This document shows, in pieces, positions 1-6,916 of a stretch of DNA of 64,000 bases. This DNA comes from an uncultured Ruminococcus sp. (lineage in GTDB: Bacteria; Bacillota; Clostridia; Oscillospirales; CAG-382): NCBI GenBank assembly GCA_902772845.1, contig CACYCI010000004.1, forward strand, positions 908 to 64,907, given 5' to 3'. The notes beneath the pieces were generated by a model that was given only the letters and a program-made list of their open reading frames with translations, ran no database searches and had not been told where the DNA came from. Position 1 is the first letter of the stretch, and each line of letters starts with the position of its first letter. A program made the translations under genes and the position numbers.

Positions 1-999
1 AACGGCGTTCACAACGTGCTGCTTTCGTACAACTGCGTCACGCCCGACAGGATCGGCGAGCATCACGGCGGATACGCCGACGAAGAGCAGTATCTGCCGT
101 ACGTGGCGTACGTTAAGGACGGCAAGATAATAGATACCATGTTCGACGCTTTCCTGTTTCTGCCGTATTCCAACTACACGTATTCCAAGCTTTACAAATG
201 CGCCGAGGGCTGGAAATATTACATAGACAACGTCTTTGCGCCCGGATACAATCTGGACGCGCTGGATAAGACCGCCGCCCGCGTGGGCGAAGCGCTGGGC
301 ATGCCCGATTATAAGGTGCAGGTATACTTTTCGGTGCTGCACACCAACGTGGGTTACGGCGAACACCCCGAATCGTTCGGCGATCTTGACGGCGACGGCG
401 TGGAAGAAAACATGAAAACGTTTGAAGACCGCCGCAAAGCCATAAAATGGTGCATCGACGAACATGTCGCCCGCTACAAGGCGGCTTCCCCGCGCCACTG
501 CGAGCTGACGGCGTTCTACTGGTTCGAAGAAGCCATAAATTACAGCGACAAATACGAGACCGAGCTTTTGGCGTTTGCGCGCGACTACCTGCATTCGCTG
601 GGATACAAACTGTTCTGGATACCTTATTTCCAGGCGTGCGGGTTCCAGGATTGGAAAGAGAACGGTTTCGATATCGCCTGCATGCAGCCGAACTACGCGT
701 TCAACAAGTCGATCCCCACGGAACGCCTTTACGAAAACGCCGAAATATCCAAGCAGCTGGGCATGTGCGTTGAAATGGAAATAGGCGGCTTTGACGCGTA
801 TCACGTGGAAAAATTCCGCAACTATATGGATTGCGGCGCAGAGACCGGCTATATGAATTCCGTAAAGATGTATTATCAGGGCGGCGTCCCGGGCGAATTC
901 TACCGCGCATACAAATGCGAAGATCCCGCGTTGCATGCGCTTTACGACGACCTTTACCTTTACTGCAAGGAAAAATACGTCAGCCGCAAGGACCGCTGA
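1..999 (+). CDS. DUF4855-like domain protein (5'-partial; frame is open to the window edge)
   Basis: Frame 1 is open from nt 1 with no stop before the listed GTG at 16. It is a long coherent ORF ending in TGA at 999. The sequence resembles DUF4855-type TIM-barrel-like proteins from memory only. Confidence 0.5.
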   Translation, partial: NGVHNVLLSYNCVTPDRIGEHHGGYADEEQYLPYVAYVKDGKIIDTMFDAFLFLPYSNYTYSKLYKCAEGWKYYIDNVFAPGYNLDALDKTAARVGEALGMPDYKVQVYFSVLHTNVGYGEHPESFGDLDGDGVEENMKTFEDRRKAIKWCIDEHVARYKAASPRHCELTAFYWFEEAINYSDKYETELLAFARDYLHSLGYKLFWIPYFQACGFQDWKENGFDIACMQPNYAFNKSIPTERLYENAEISKQLGMCVEMEIGGFDAYHVEKFRNYMDCGAETGYMNSVKMYYQGGVPGEFYRAYKCEDPALHALYDDLYLYCKEKYVSRKDR

Positions 1000-1036
1000 C
1001 CGCCCCCGCCGTTCCGGCGCGAAAGGAGCGTATTCA

Positions 1037-2965
1037 ATGAGATCACAGCGCAAACTTGCCGCCGCGGCGCTCCTGCTTGCCGCGCTGATATCGTTCTGCT
1101 CCTGCGCCCCGGCCGGGAGCAGCCACGCGGACGGATCCTCTTCCGCACCGGAAGGGAAGATCCGCGCCGTGTTCGTCATATTGGGCAATACCGCGGGCGA
1201 TACCGGCTGGGTCGACCCCGGGACTGCGCTTTCGCCGGCGGAAGCTCCGGACAGGATAGAAGACCCTGCAAATAAATACGTGTTCCTCGGCTGGGACGCG
1301 GACGGCGACGGCGCGGCGGAATCTTTTCCGTACACGCTTGAAAAAGACACGACTTTCAGTGCGCTCCTGAAAGCCGAGCCAAAGGTGTTCCGCTACGACA
1401 TTTACGTCAAGGGCGAGCTTGTGCGTTCCGCCGAAGCGCTATACGGCGACATCATAGAATACCCCGAGACAGGCACTGTGGCGGAAGACGGCATAATACA
1501 AATATTCATGGGCTGGAAATACGACGGCGTATTCGACGGCGCGTTCCGTCCCACGGTGACCGGAAACACGGTGATAGAGGCGTGTTTTGCGGATTCGCAG
1601 GTACTCAAGCTTTATTACGGCGGCTCAGTCTACGCCCGACGCGTTCCCGCCGGCGATCCGCTCCCCTCGCTTGCGGAATGGGACGTTTACCCGGAGGACG
1701 GATACGACGTCGTTTGGTATTCCGACAGCTCGTACAAGCGGCGCGCAGAGCTGCGCACCATGCCCGAAGGCAGTATTTCACTTTACGGCAGGCGCGAAAA
1801 GCAAAACGGCGGCGTGATATGCGTTTACAGCGATGAACAGCTGCTGGATGAATTCACGTCCATGGTGCTGAAGCGCGCCGAAAAAGCCGAGCTGTTTTTG
1901 GAATATGACCATATGCCGCTTAAAGAGATACCCGGCTTTCTGAGCGAAAACGCGGATACCGTTTTCGGGTACTCGCTCACCGCTTCTTCTAAAGACGGCA
2001 GCAACGTCACGCTCGAGATCGAATATCCGCCGTTTGCGCAGTATACTTCGGACAAGACCGTTTACACTCAGCTGCCCAGCGCAAACGCCGCGCTAAAGCG
2101 TTCCGACCGCGGCGAAAACTACAACGCGTTCGCCTTTGAAATGCTGGAGACCGCGCTACCCGTGAACAATTCCGAAGCGCTGTATTACGCGCTGGAACAC
2201 GGTATGCGCCCTGTCGCGGAAGATCCCGCAGGAGAGACCGCAAAGATCTGCGCGGCCATGCGCGACGTGCTTCGCACCTATGTTTCGGACAGCATGACCG
2301 ATATTGAAAAAGCCGCCGCTATCTACGAATACCTGGTGATGAACACAGTCTATGACGGCGAGCTTTTCGATAAAGTCATGAAAGGGGAAAGCGTACTCGG
2401 CTGCCGCAGCTTTTGTCTGGAAGGCGTATTCATGGATCACCTGGCTGTGTGCGACGGATTGAGCAAGGCGTTTTCGTGCCTGTGCCGCATGGAGGGCATA
2501 GAATGCGTGCGCGTTACGGGCAGAAAATGCGCCAGCGGCGCTGCGCACGCCTGGAACAAGATCAGACTGGGCGGCAAGTGGTATGTAGTCGACGTCACAT
2601 CCGGCGGTACCGTCACCGGCGGCGAAGAAGTGCTTTCTTACGCGTATTTCATGCTGAGCGACGAGCAATACTCATACGTGGCGACGCCCGATAAAGGGTA
2701 CGGCACAGACATAAAATGTACGGACGAATACGACTTTTATTCCCGGATGGGGGTGCGCGCAAGTACGCCCGAACAGGCGGCGGCGCTTTTGAAAGCTTAC
2801 ATAAGATCCGCGCCGCAGGGCAGATCGTCATACGAGATCGCGCTCGGCTACAAGACCCGGTCGGATCAAGCGGCGGTGCAGGAGATAATGAAGCGGCTCA
2901 ACATGAGCGTGAACGTTTCGTACTTAGGCGGCGGCGGAGTGTTCTGCTTTATTTACGAAAATTGA
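1037..2965 (+). CDS. Lipoprotein with F-x-GW (Listeria-Bacteroides type) repeats and a C-terminal transglutaminase-like cysteine-protease core
   Basis: ATG at 1037 is preceded by GAAAGGAG. The signal peptide plus lipobox reads MRSQRKLAAAALLLAALISFCSC. Repeats YVFLGWDADGDG and FMGWKYDG are present. The transglutaminase core reads CDGLSKAF...HAWNKIRLGGKWYVVDVT (Cys/His/Asp). Confidence 0.75.
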   Translation: MRSQRKLAAAALLLAALISFCSCAPAGSSHADGSSSAPEGKIRAVFVILGNTAGDTGWVDPGTALSPAEAPDRIEDPANKYVFLGWDADGDGAAESFPYTLEKDTTFSALLKAEPKVFRYDIYVKGELVRSAEALYGDIIEYPETGTVAEDGIIQIFMGWKYDGVFDGAFRPTVTGNTVIEACFADSQVLKLYYGGSVYARRVPAGDPLPSLAEWDVYPEDGYDVVWYSDSSYKRRAELRTMPEGSISLYGRREKQNGGVICVYSDEQLLDEFTSMVLKRAEKAELFLEYDHMPLKEIPGFLSENADTVFGYSLTASSKDGSNVTLEIEYPPFAQYTSDKTVYTQLPSANAALKRSDRGENYNAFAFEMLETALPVNNSEALYYALEHGMRPVAEDPAGETAKICAAMRDVLRTYVSDSMTDIEKAAAIYEYLVMNTVYDGELFDKVMKGESVLGCRSFCLEGVFMDHLAVCDGLSKAFSCLCRMEGIECVRVTGRKCASGAAHAWNKIRLGGKWYVVDVTSGGTVTGGEEVLSYAYFMLSDEQYSYVATPDKGYGTDIKCTDEYDFYSRMGVRASTPEQAAALLKAYIRSAPQGRSSYEIALGYKTRSDQAAVQEIMKRLNMSVNVSYLGGGGVFCFIYEN

Positions 2966-2978
2966 ATACAGACCCGTA

Positions 2979-3020
2979 CCGGCCCCGCGCTCAAAAGCAG
3001 CGTGGGGCCGGCGTTTTTTG
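2979..3020 (+). terminator. Rho-independent terminator between convergent genes
   Basis: A 13-bp GC-rich stem (ccggccccgcgct / agcgtggggccgg, one G-U pair) with a 7-nt loop is followed by cgTTTTTTg. Confidence 0.7.
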
Positions 3021-3028
3021 CGCGGCGT

Positions 3029-3466
3029 TCAGGTCTGCACTATGCCGTATACGCCGCGGGTGAATTTTTCAAGCGCGGCGAGCTTGTCCGCACGGATCTG
3101 AAATTCGTCCTTGGCGTGTTTTTTCATCATCTGCTCGCAGGGAGTCTTGATACGGTAAATGAAATACGCGTCCAAAAGGTCGCGCTGATAATCGTCGAGC
3201 ACCGAAAGCCCGGCGGCGATCTGATCGAGCTTGCGTTCGACGATACGCTTGCGGAACTTGGCGTCGTCTATAAGAGTTATCAAGTTGACCATATGGTTTT
3301 CGTAGCGGCTGGAGCCGCCCTGAGCGGTATTTGCGTCGCCTATCACCGAGGAGACCGAATACTTTTCCGCGGCAAGAAGTTCGATCTCGTTGGCGAGCGA
3401 TTCGCGGGCGGTGATATATTCGTTGCGGTGAACGAGCAGATCTTTTGCCAGATCTCTGTAATCCAT
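3029..3466 (-). CDS. Small phage-type transcriptional regulator (DUF1492/ArpU/RinA-like, sigma-70 region-4-like C-terminus); function tentative
   Basis: The internal ATG at 3466 (MDYRDLAKDL) is preceded by GGAAGGAAGGAAAG. The layout (..GDANTAQGGSS.. then ..LSVLDDYQRDLLDAYFIYR..EQMMKK..AALEKF) resembles Firmicute phage late-gene activators, recalled from memory. Confidence 0.55.
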   Translation of the reverse strand: MDYRDLAKDLLVHRNEYITARESLANEIELLAAEKYSVSSVIGDANTAQGGSSRYENHMVNLITLIDDAKFRKRIVERKLDQIAAGLSVLDDYQRDLLDAYFIYRIKTPCEQMMKKHAKDEFQIRADKLAALEKFTRGVYGIVQT

Positions 3467-3560
3467 TCTTTCCTTCCTTCCCCGTCCGGCCCTGTTTGCC
3501 GGACGATTTCCCTCCGCACGCGGCGCGTGCGGCATTATCTCTTCTCATCTCACACTAAAG

Positions 3561-3574
3561 CGAACAAATGTTCG
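3561..3574. promoter_or_regulatory. Perfect LexA (Cheo) box CGAAC-AAAT-GTTCG
   Basis: The sequence aaagCGAACAAATGTTCGcttt has arms that extend to 9 nt (AAAGCGAAC/GTTCGCTTT). It matches the Firmicute LexA consensus CGAAC-N4-GTTCG. Confidence 0.55.
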
Positions 3575-3585
3575 CTTTAATCGGC

Positions 3586-3610
3586 AAAAATGAACTGCCG
3601 TGCAGGCAGT
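3586..3610 (-). terminator. Weak intrinsic-terminator-like hairpin
   Basis: The minus strand reads ACTGCC-tgcac-GGCAGT followed by TCATTTTTG. The stem is only 6 bp, so the call is tentative. A T-run also follows it on the plus strand. Confidence 0.3.
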
Positions 3611-3741
3611 CTGTTTTGATCTGCGCTTTTTCCGTATCCCCTCAAAAAAAGCGTGCTTTTGTTGAATTGCTGTGTTGCGGTCAGTTCGTTTTGCACCTTT
3701 CCGCGCCGGCAGTATTTGGTCTGTTTGCCGTGCGCGAACAT

Positions 3742-3769
3742 ATTATAGCACAAATGTTCGTAAAATCAA
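3742..3769 (-). promoter_or_regulatory. Sigma-A-type promoter, TTGATT-16-TGcTATAAT (extended -10)
   Basis: The minus strand reads TTGATTttacgaacatttgTGCTATAAT. It points toward the regulator gene at 3466. Confidence 0.5.
3747..3760. promoter_or_regulatory. LexA-box-like site (AGCAC-AAAT-GTTCG) inside the promoter spacer
   Basis: It shares the 11-mer ACAAATGTTCG with the sites at 3561 and 3779. The left arm matches CGAAC at 3 of 5 positions. It lies between the -35 and -10 of the 3742..3769 promoter. Confidence 0.35.
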
Positions 3770-3778
3770 TGTGCAAAA

Positions 3779-3792
3779 CGCACAAATGTTCG
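3779..3792. promoter_or_regulatory. LexA-box-like site (CGCAC-AAAT-GTTCG)
   Basis: It has one mismatch to CGAAC-N4-GTTCG. The 13-mer GCACAAATGTTCG is an exact direct repeat of 3748..3760, 32 nt away. Confidence 0.4.
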
Positions 3793-3808
3793 GCTTTGTT
3801 TTTATGCA

Positions 3809-4669
3809 TTATTCACCAGCCGGGGGCAGATCGCCGTTGCCGGCAACGTACGCCATTATAGCCGAACAGTCAGTATCCGTAAGCGTTCCGTCGCGATCGA
3901 TATCGGCGGCGGCGAACGCCGCCGTGTCTGTGGTACCCGCCGTTTTGAACAGGCGCGCCAGGATATAATCATCCGTGTCCACGCTGCCGTTGCGGTCGGT
4001 GTCACCGGTGACGACCACGGTATATACGAGTCCGCCGGAAACCACGGCGGCGCCGGTATGAACTTCGTCAGGAAGGATGAAATCGCCCACCAGCTTGCTG
4101 CCGAGCGTATCTACGTCCGTGCCGGGGGCAACGCCGTATATAAGCAGGCGGTCGTGGTCGACCGCGAGCCCGCTCCCCGCCGCGGCGCCGAGCTGTGAAA
4201 AGGCAAACGAAAGCGTGCCCGAAGCGGCTGAAAACAGCGCGGGCGAATAATCGTCGTCGTAAAGCTCGCTGGTGGAAGTCTTTACGCCTATGACCGTTTC
4301 GCATTCGCCGTAAAGCGGCGCGAACCAGAGCGTGAAAAGGTCTCCGGTGTACTTGAACACTCCCGATTCCGAAGCGAACACCACGCGCACCTGCCCGTAT
4401 TCGTTATCGTATACCGAAACGAAACCGGCAGGGCTTTCCGGGCATAGCTCCAGCCGGACAAAGCGCACCGTTTCGCGGTCGTATGTGAAATTGAGCGCGG
4501 CGGACGAGATGCCGCGGTTTTCGGAGCAGTAAACGGTAACGCCCGCTTCCGAGGCGTTCACGGCGGACCGGTCGCGTACGCCGAAAGCGTAGCCCACGTC
4601 TTCCGCCGCCAGCGCGAAAACCGCAAAGCAGCTCAGCGCTGCGCACAGCGCGATAATTCTTTTTGCCAT
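3809..4669 (-). CDS. Secreted cohesin-like domain protein with C-terminal type-I-like dockerin
   Basis: ATG at 4669 follows AAGAGGG. The signal peptide is MAKRIIALCAALSCFAVFALAAE. Two calcium-binding dockerin repeats are present (GDTDRNGSVDTDDYILARL and ADIDRDGTLTDTDCSAIMAYV). The N-terminal beta-rich region looks cohesin-like. Confidence 0.7.
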   Translation of the reverse strand: MAKRIIALCAALSCFAVFALAAEDVGYAFGVRDRSAVNASEAGVTVYCSENRGISSAALNFTYDRETVRFVRLELCPESPAGFVSVYDNEYGQVRVVFASESGVFKYTGDLFTLWFAPLYGECETVIGVKTSTSELYDDDYSPALFSAASGTLSFAFSQLGAAAGSGLAVDHDRLLIYGVAPGTDVDTLGSKLVGDFILPDEVHTGAAVVSGGLVYTVVVTGDTDRNGSVDTDDYILARLFKTAGTTDTAAFAAADIDRDGTLTDTDCSAIMAYVAGNGDLPPAGE

Positions 4670-4703
4670 TGTACCCTCTTTTAGCAAAGGGGCGGCAGCC
4701 GTA

Positions 4704-6140
4704 TCAGTATGCTTTGCCCCAATAGACCATGTGCTTTGCGGGTCTTCCGCAGCACACGCAAGTGTCGGACAAATGTTCCTGCTCGAACGGGATGCAGCGT
4801 GAGCAAACGCCGGTAAGCTCTTTGATCTTGTCTTCGCACTCCTCGTCGCCGCACCACATGGCTTTTATGAAACCGTCGCCGTCTTTGGCGAGCGACTCTT
4901 TGATCTCGTCTATGCCGGTGCAGGAATGAGTGCGCTTTTCGCGGTTTTCAAGCGCTTTGGCGTAAAGTCCGTCGCGTACTTCGGTAAGCTTGCGTTTGAG
5001 CGCGGCGCTTATACCGGAAAGCGGGACGGTTTCTTTGTTGTGATCGTGGCGGGTGACTATGACGCATTCGCCGTTTTCAATATCACGCGGGCCGAGCTCT
5101 ATGCGGCAGGGCACGCCTTTCATTTCGTATTCGGCAAACTTCCAGCCGGCGGAATTGTCGGTATCGTCGAGTTTTACGCGGAATTCTTTTGAAAGCTCCG
5201 CATAAAGCTCGCGGCATTTTTCGAGCACGCCTTCTTTGTGCTGCGCTATGGGGATTATCACCGCCTGGACAGGGGCGACGTCCGGCGGGAGCACGAGTCC
5301 GCGGTCGTCGCCGTGGGTCATGATTATGCCGCCGATAAGACGCGTGGAAACGCCCCACGAAGTCTGGAACGGAAATTGTTTTTTGTTTTCTTTGTCGGTA
5401 AACTGAATATTGAACGCCCTTGCGAAACCGTCGCCGAAATAATGGCTCGTCCCCGCCTGGAGCGCCTTACCGTCGTGCATGAGCGCCTCTATGGCGTAAG
5501 TGGCGACGGCGCCGGCGAACTTGTCGCTTTCGGTCTTTCTGCCCTTGATAACGGGCATGGCAAGCGATTTTTCGCAGAAATCGGCGTATACGTTGAGCAT
5601 CTGCTCGGTCTCGGCAACGGCCTCTTCCGCCGTGGCGTGGATGGTGTGACCTTCCTGCCACCAGAATTCACGGGTGCGCAGGAACGGGCGGGTTGTCTTT
5701 TCCCACCTGACGACCGAGACCCACTGATTATACAGGCGCGGCAGATCGCGATAGGAATGGATGATGTTTGAATAATGTTCGCAGAACAGCGTTTCGCTTG
5801 TGGGACGCACGCAAAGACGGTCTTCCAGCGGTTCGCTGCCGCCCATGGTGACCCAGGCGACTTCAGGCGCAAAGCCCTTTACGTGGTCTTTTTCCTTTTG
5901 CAGGAGCGATTCGGGTATGAACATGGGCATGAAAACGTTTTCGTGGCCCAGGCGTTTGAATTCGGTATCGAGTATCTTCTGTATATTCTCCCAGATGGCG
6001 CAGCCGTACGGGCGCATGACGAGGCAGCCCTTGACCGAGGTATATTCTATGAGTTCGGCCTTTTTGCAAATGTCCGTATACCATTGCGCAAAGTCGACGT
6101 CCATGGGGGTTATCTCTTCAACAAATTTCTTTTCTGCCAT
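4704..6140 (-). CDS. proS: Prolyl-tRNA synthetase (archaeal/eukaryote-like short type with C-terminal Zn-binding tail)
   Basis: The internal ATG at 6140 gives [20 protein letters not shown]... The protein ends in ..[16 protein letters not shown], typical of this ProRS class. Confidence 0.93.
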   Translation of the reverse strand: MAEKKFVEEITPMDVDFAQWYTDICKKAELIEYTSVKGCLVMRPYGCAIWENIQKILDTEFKRLGHENVFMPMFIPESLLQKEKDHVKGFAPEVAWVTMGGSEPLEDRLCVRPTSETLFCEHYSNIIHSYRDLPRLYNQWVSVVRWEKTTRPFLRTREFWWQEGHTIHATAEEAVAETEQMLNVYADFCEKSLAMPVIKGRKTESDKFAGAVATYAIEALMHDGKALQAGTSHYFGDGFARAFNIQFTDKENKKQFPFQTSWGVSTRLIGGIIMTHGDDRGLVLPPDVAPVQAVIIPIAQHKEGVLEKCRELYAELSKEFRVKLDDTDNSAGWKFAEYEMKGVPCRIELGPRDIENGECVIVTRHDHNKETVPLSGISAALKRKLTEVRDGLYAKALENREKRTHSCTGIDEIKESLAKDGDGFIKAMWCGDEECEDKIKELTGVCSRCIPFEQEHLSDTCVCCGRPAKHMVYWGKAY

Positions 6141-6189
6141 AAAACGAGCTTCCTTCCAAAAATTATTACAATTATTTAAAACATTTTTA

Positions 6190-6217
6190 TTGCATTGACG
6201 GCGGATTTGTGTATAAT
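6190..6217 (+). promoter_or_regulatory. Sigma-A-type promoter TTGCAT-16-TGtTATAAT
   Basis: The sequence is ttgcattgacggcggatttgtgtataat, about 105 nt upstream of the 6325 lipoprotein gene. Confidence 0.5.
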
Positions 6218-6324
6218 TGAATTGATAACATCTATAAATTATATCCGCTTGGCGTGTCACGCCGCGTCATCACGCTAAAAGTATAACAGAAACGCGCGGA
6301 ATAGTCAAGTGGGCGGAGTTCAAT

Positions 6325-6870
6325 ATGGCAAAAAAATCGTTATGTCTGGCAATAGCCGTGCTTGCGGCGGCGCTTTTGTGTTCGTGCTCGTTCATAGACA
6401 GCGCCATGGCCGAAGCGGGGCTGGACGGAGACCTGCGCGATAAGATCGACACCGCCTGGGACGAGGTGGGCAAAGAAGGAATAAAGGCCGTGATCGACGA
6501 CGCCTGGCGCGAATACGGCCTGGGCAGGTCGCTTGACTGGCCGCAGAAAGGCAACGGCGCGCTGCTGCCCAAGCTGCGCGACGGCAAGACCGAGTTCGCT
6601 TACAGCGGCGGCAACGGCGCGTACGGCTGTATATGCGTTTCGGGCGTGAGCGGCGGCAAGCTTGCCGAATACAAAGAAAAGCTTGCGTCGATCGGCTTTG
6701 CCGAGACTGTGGCTGAATGCTCGGTCAAAGAGCTTTATACCTGCGACGGGCTGACGGTCGGCTTTGCGCAGCTCGACGGCGATCTGCTGATCTGCTACGG
6801 CAACACGCCGGAAGAGATAGACTCGGCGTACGCGGCGGCATGCAGCGGCGAAACGGCGGAAAACGCCTGA
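6325..6870 (+). CDS. Putative lipoprotein, unknown function
   Basis: The N-terminus MAKKSLCLAIAVLAAALLCSCS looks like a signal peptide plus lipobox. The RBS GGGCGGAG lies upstream. Confidence 0.65.
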   Translation: MAKKSLCLAIAVLAAALLCSCSFIDSAMAEAGLDGDLRDKIDTAWDEVGKEGIKAVIDDAWREYGLGRSLDWPQKGNGALLPKLRDGKTEFAYSGGNGAYGCICVSGVSGGKLAEYKEKLASIGFAETVAECSVKELYTCDGLTVGFAQLDGDLLICYGNTPEEIDSAYAAACSGETAENA

Positions 6871-6916
6871 ACCGCAGTTCAACACCAAGAAGAACCATCA
6901 CACGGAGGATATCAAA

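Noticed and set aside
3580-3741. A 54-aa minus-strand ORF (MFAHGKQTKYCRRGKVQNELTATQQ...), or its 39-aa GTG-initiated version, inside the SOS-box spacer. The plus-strand ORFs 3568..3861 and 3672..3968 were also considered.
   Set aside because: The ATG lies directly after the -10 hexamer, upstream of the predicted TSS. The GTG abuts its putative RBS with no spacing. The plus-strand ORFs start inside the palindromic boxes and run antisense into the dockerin gene. No motif was recognised in any of them.
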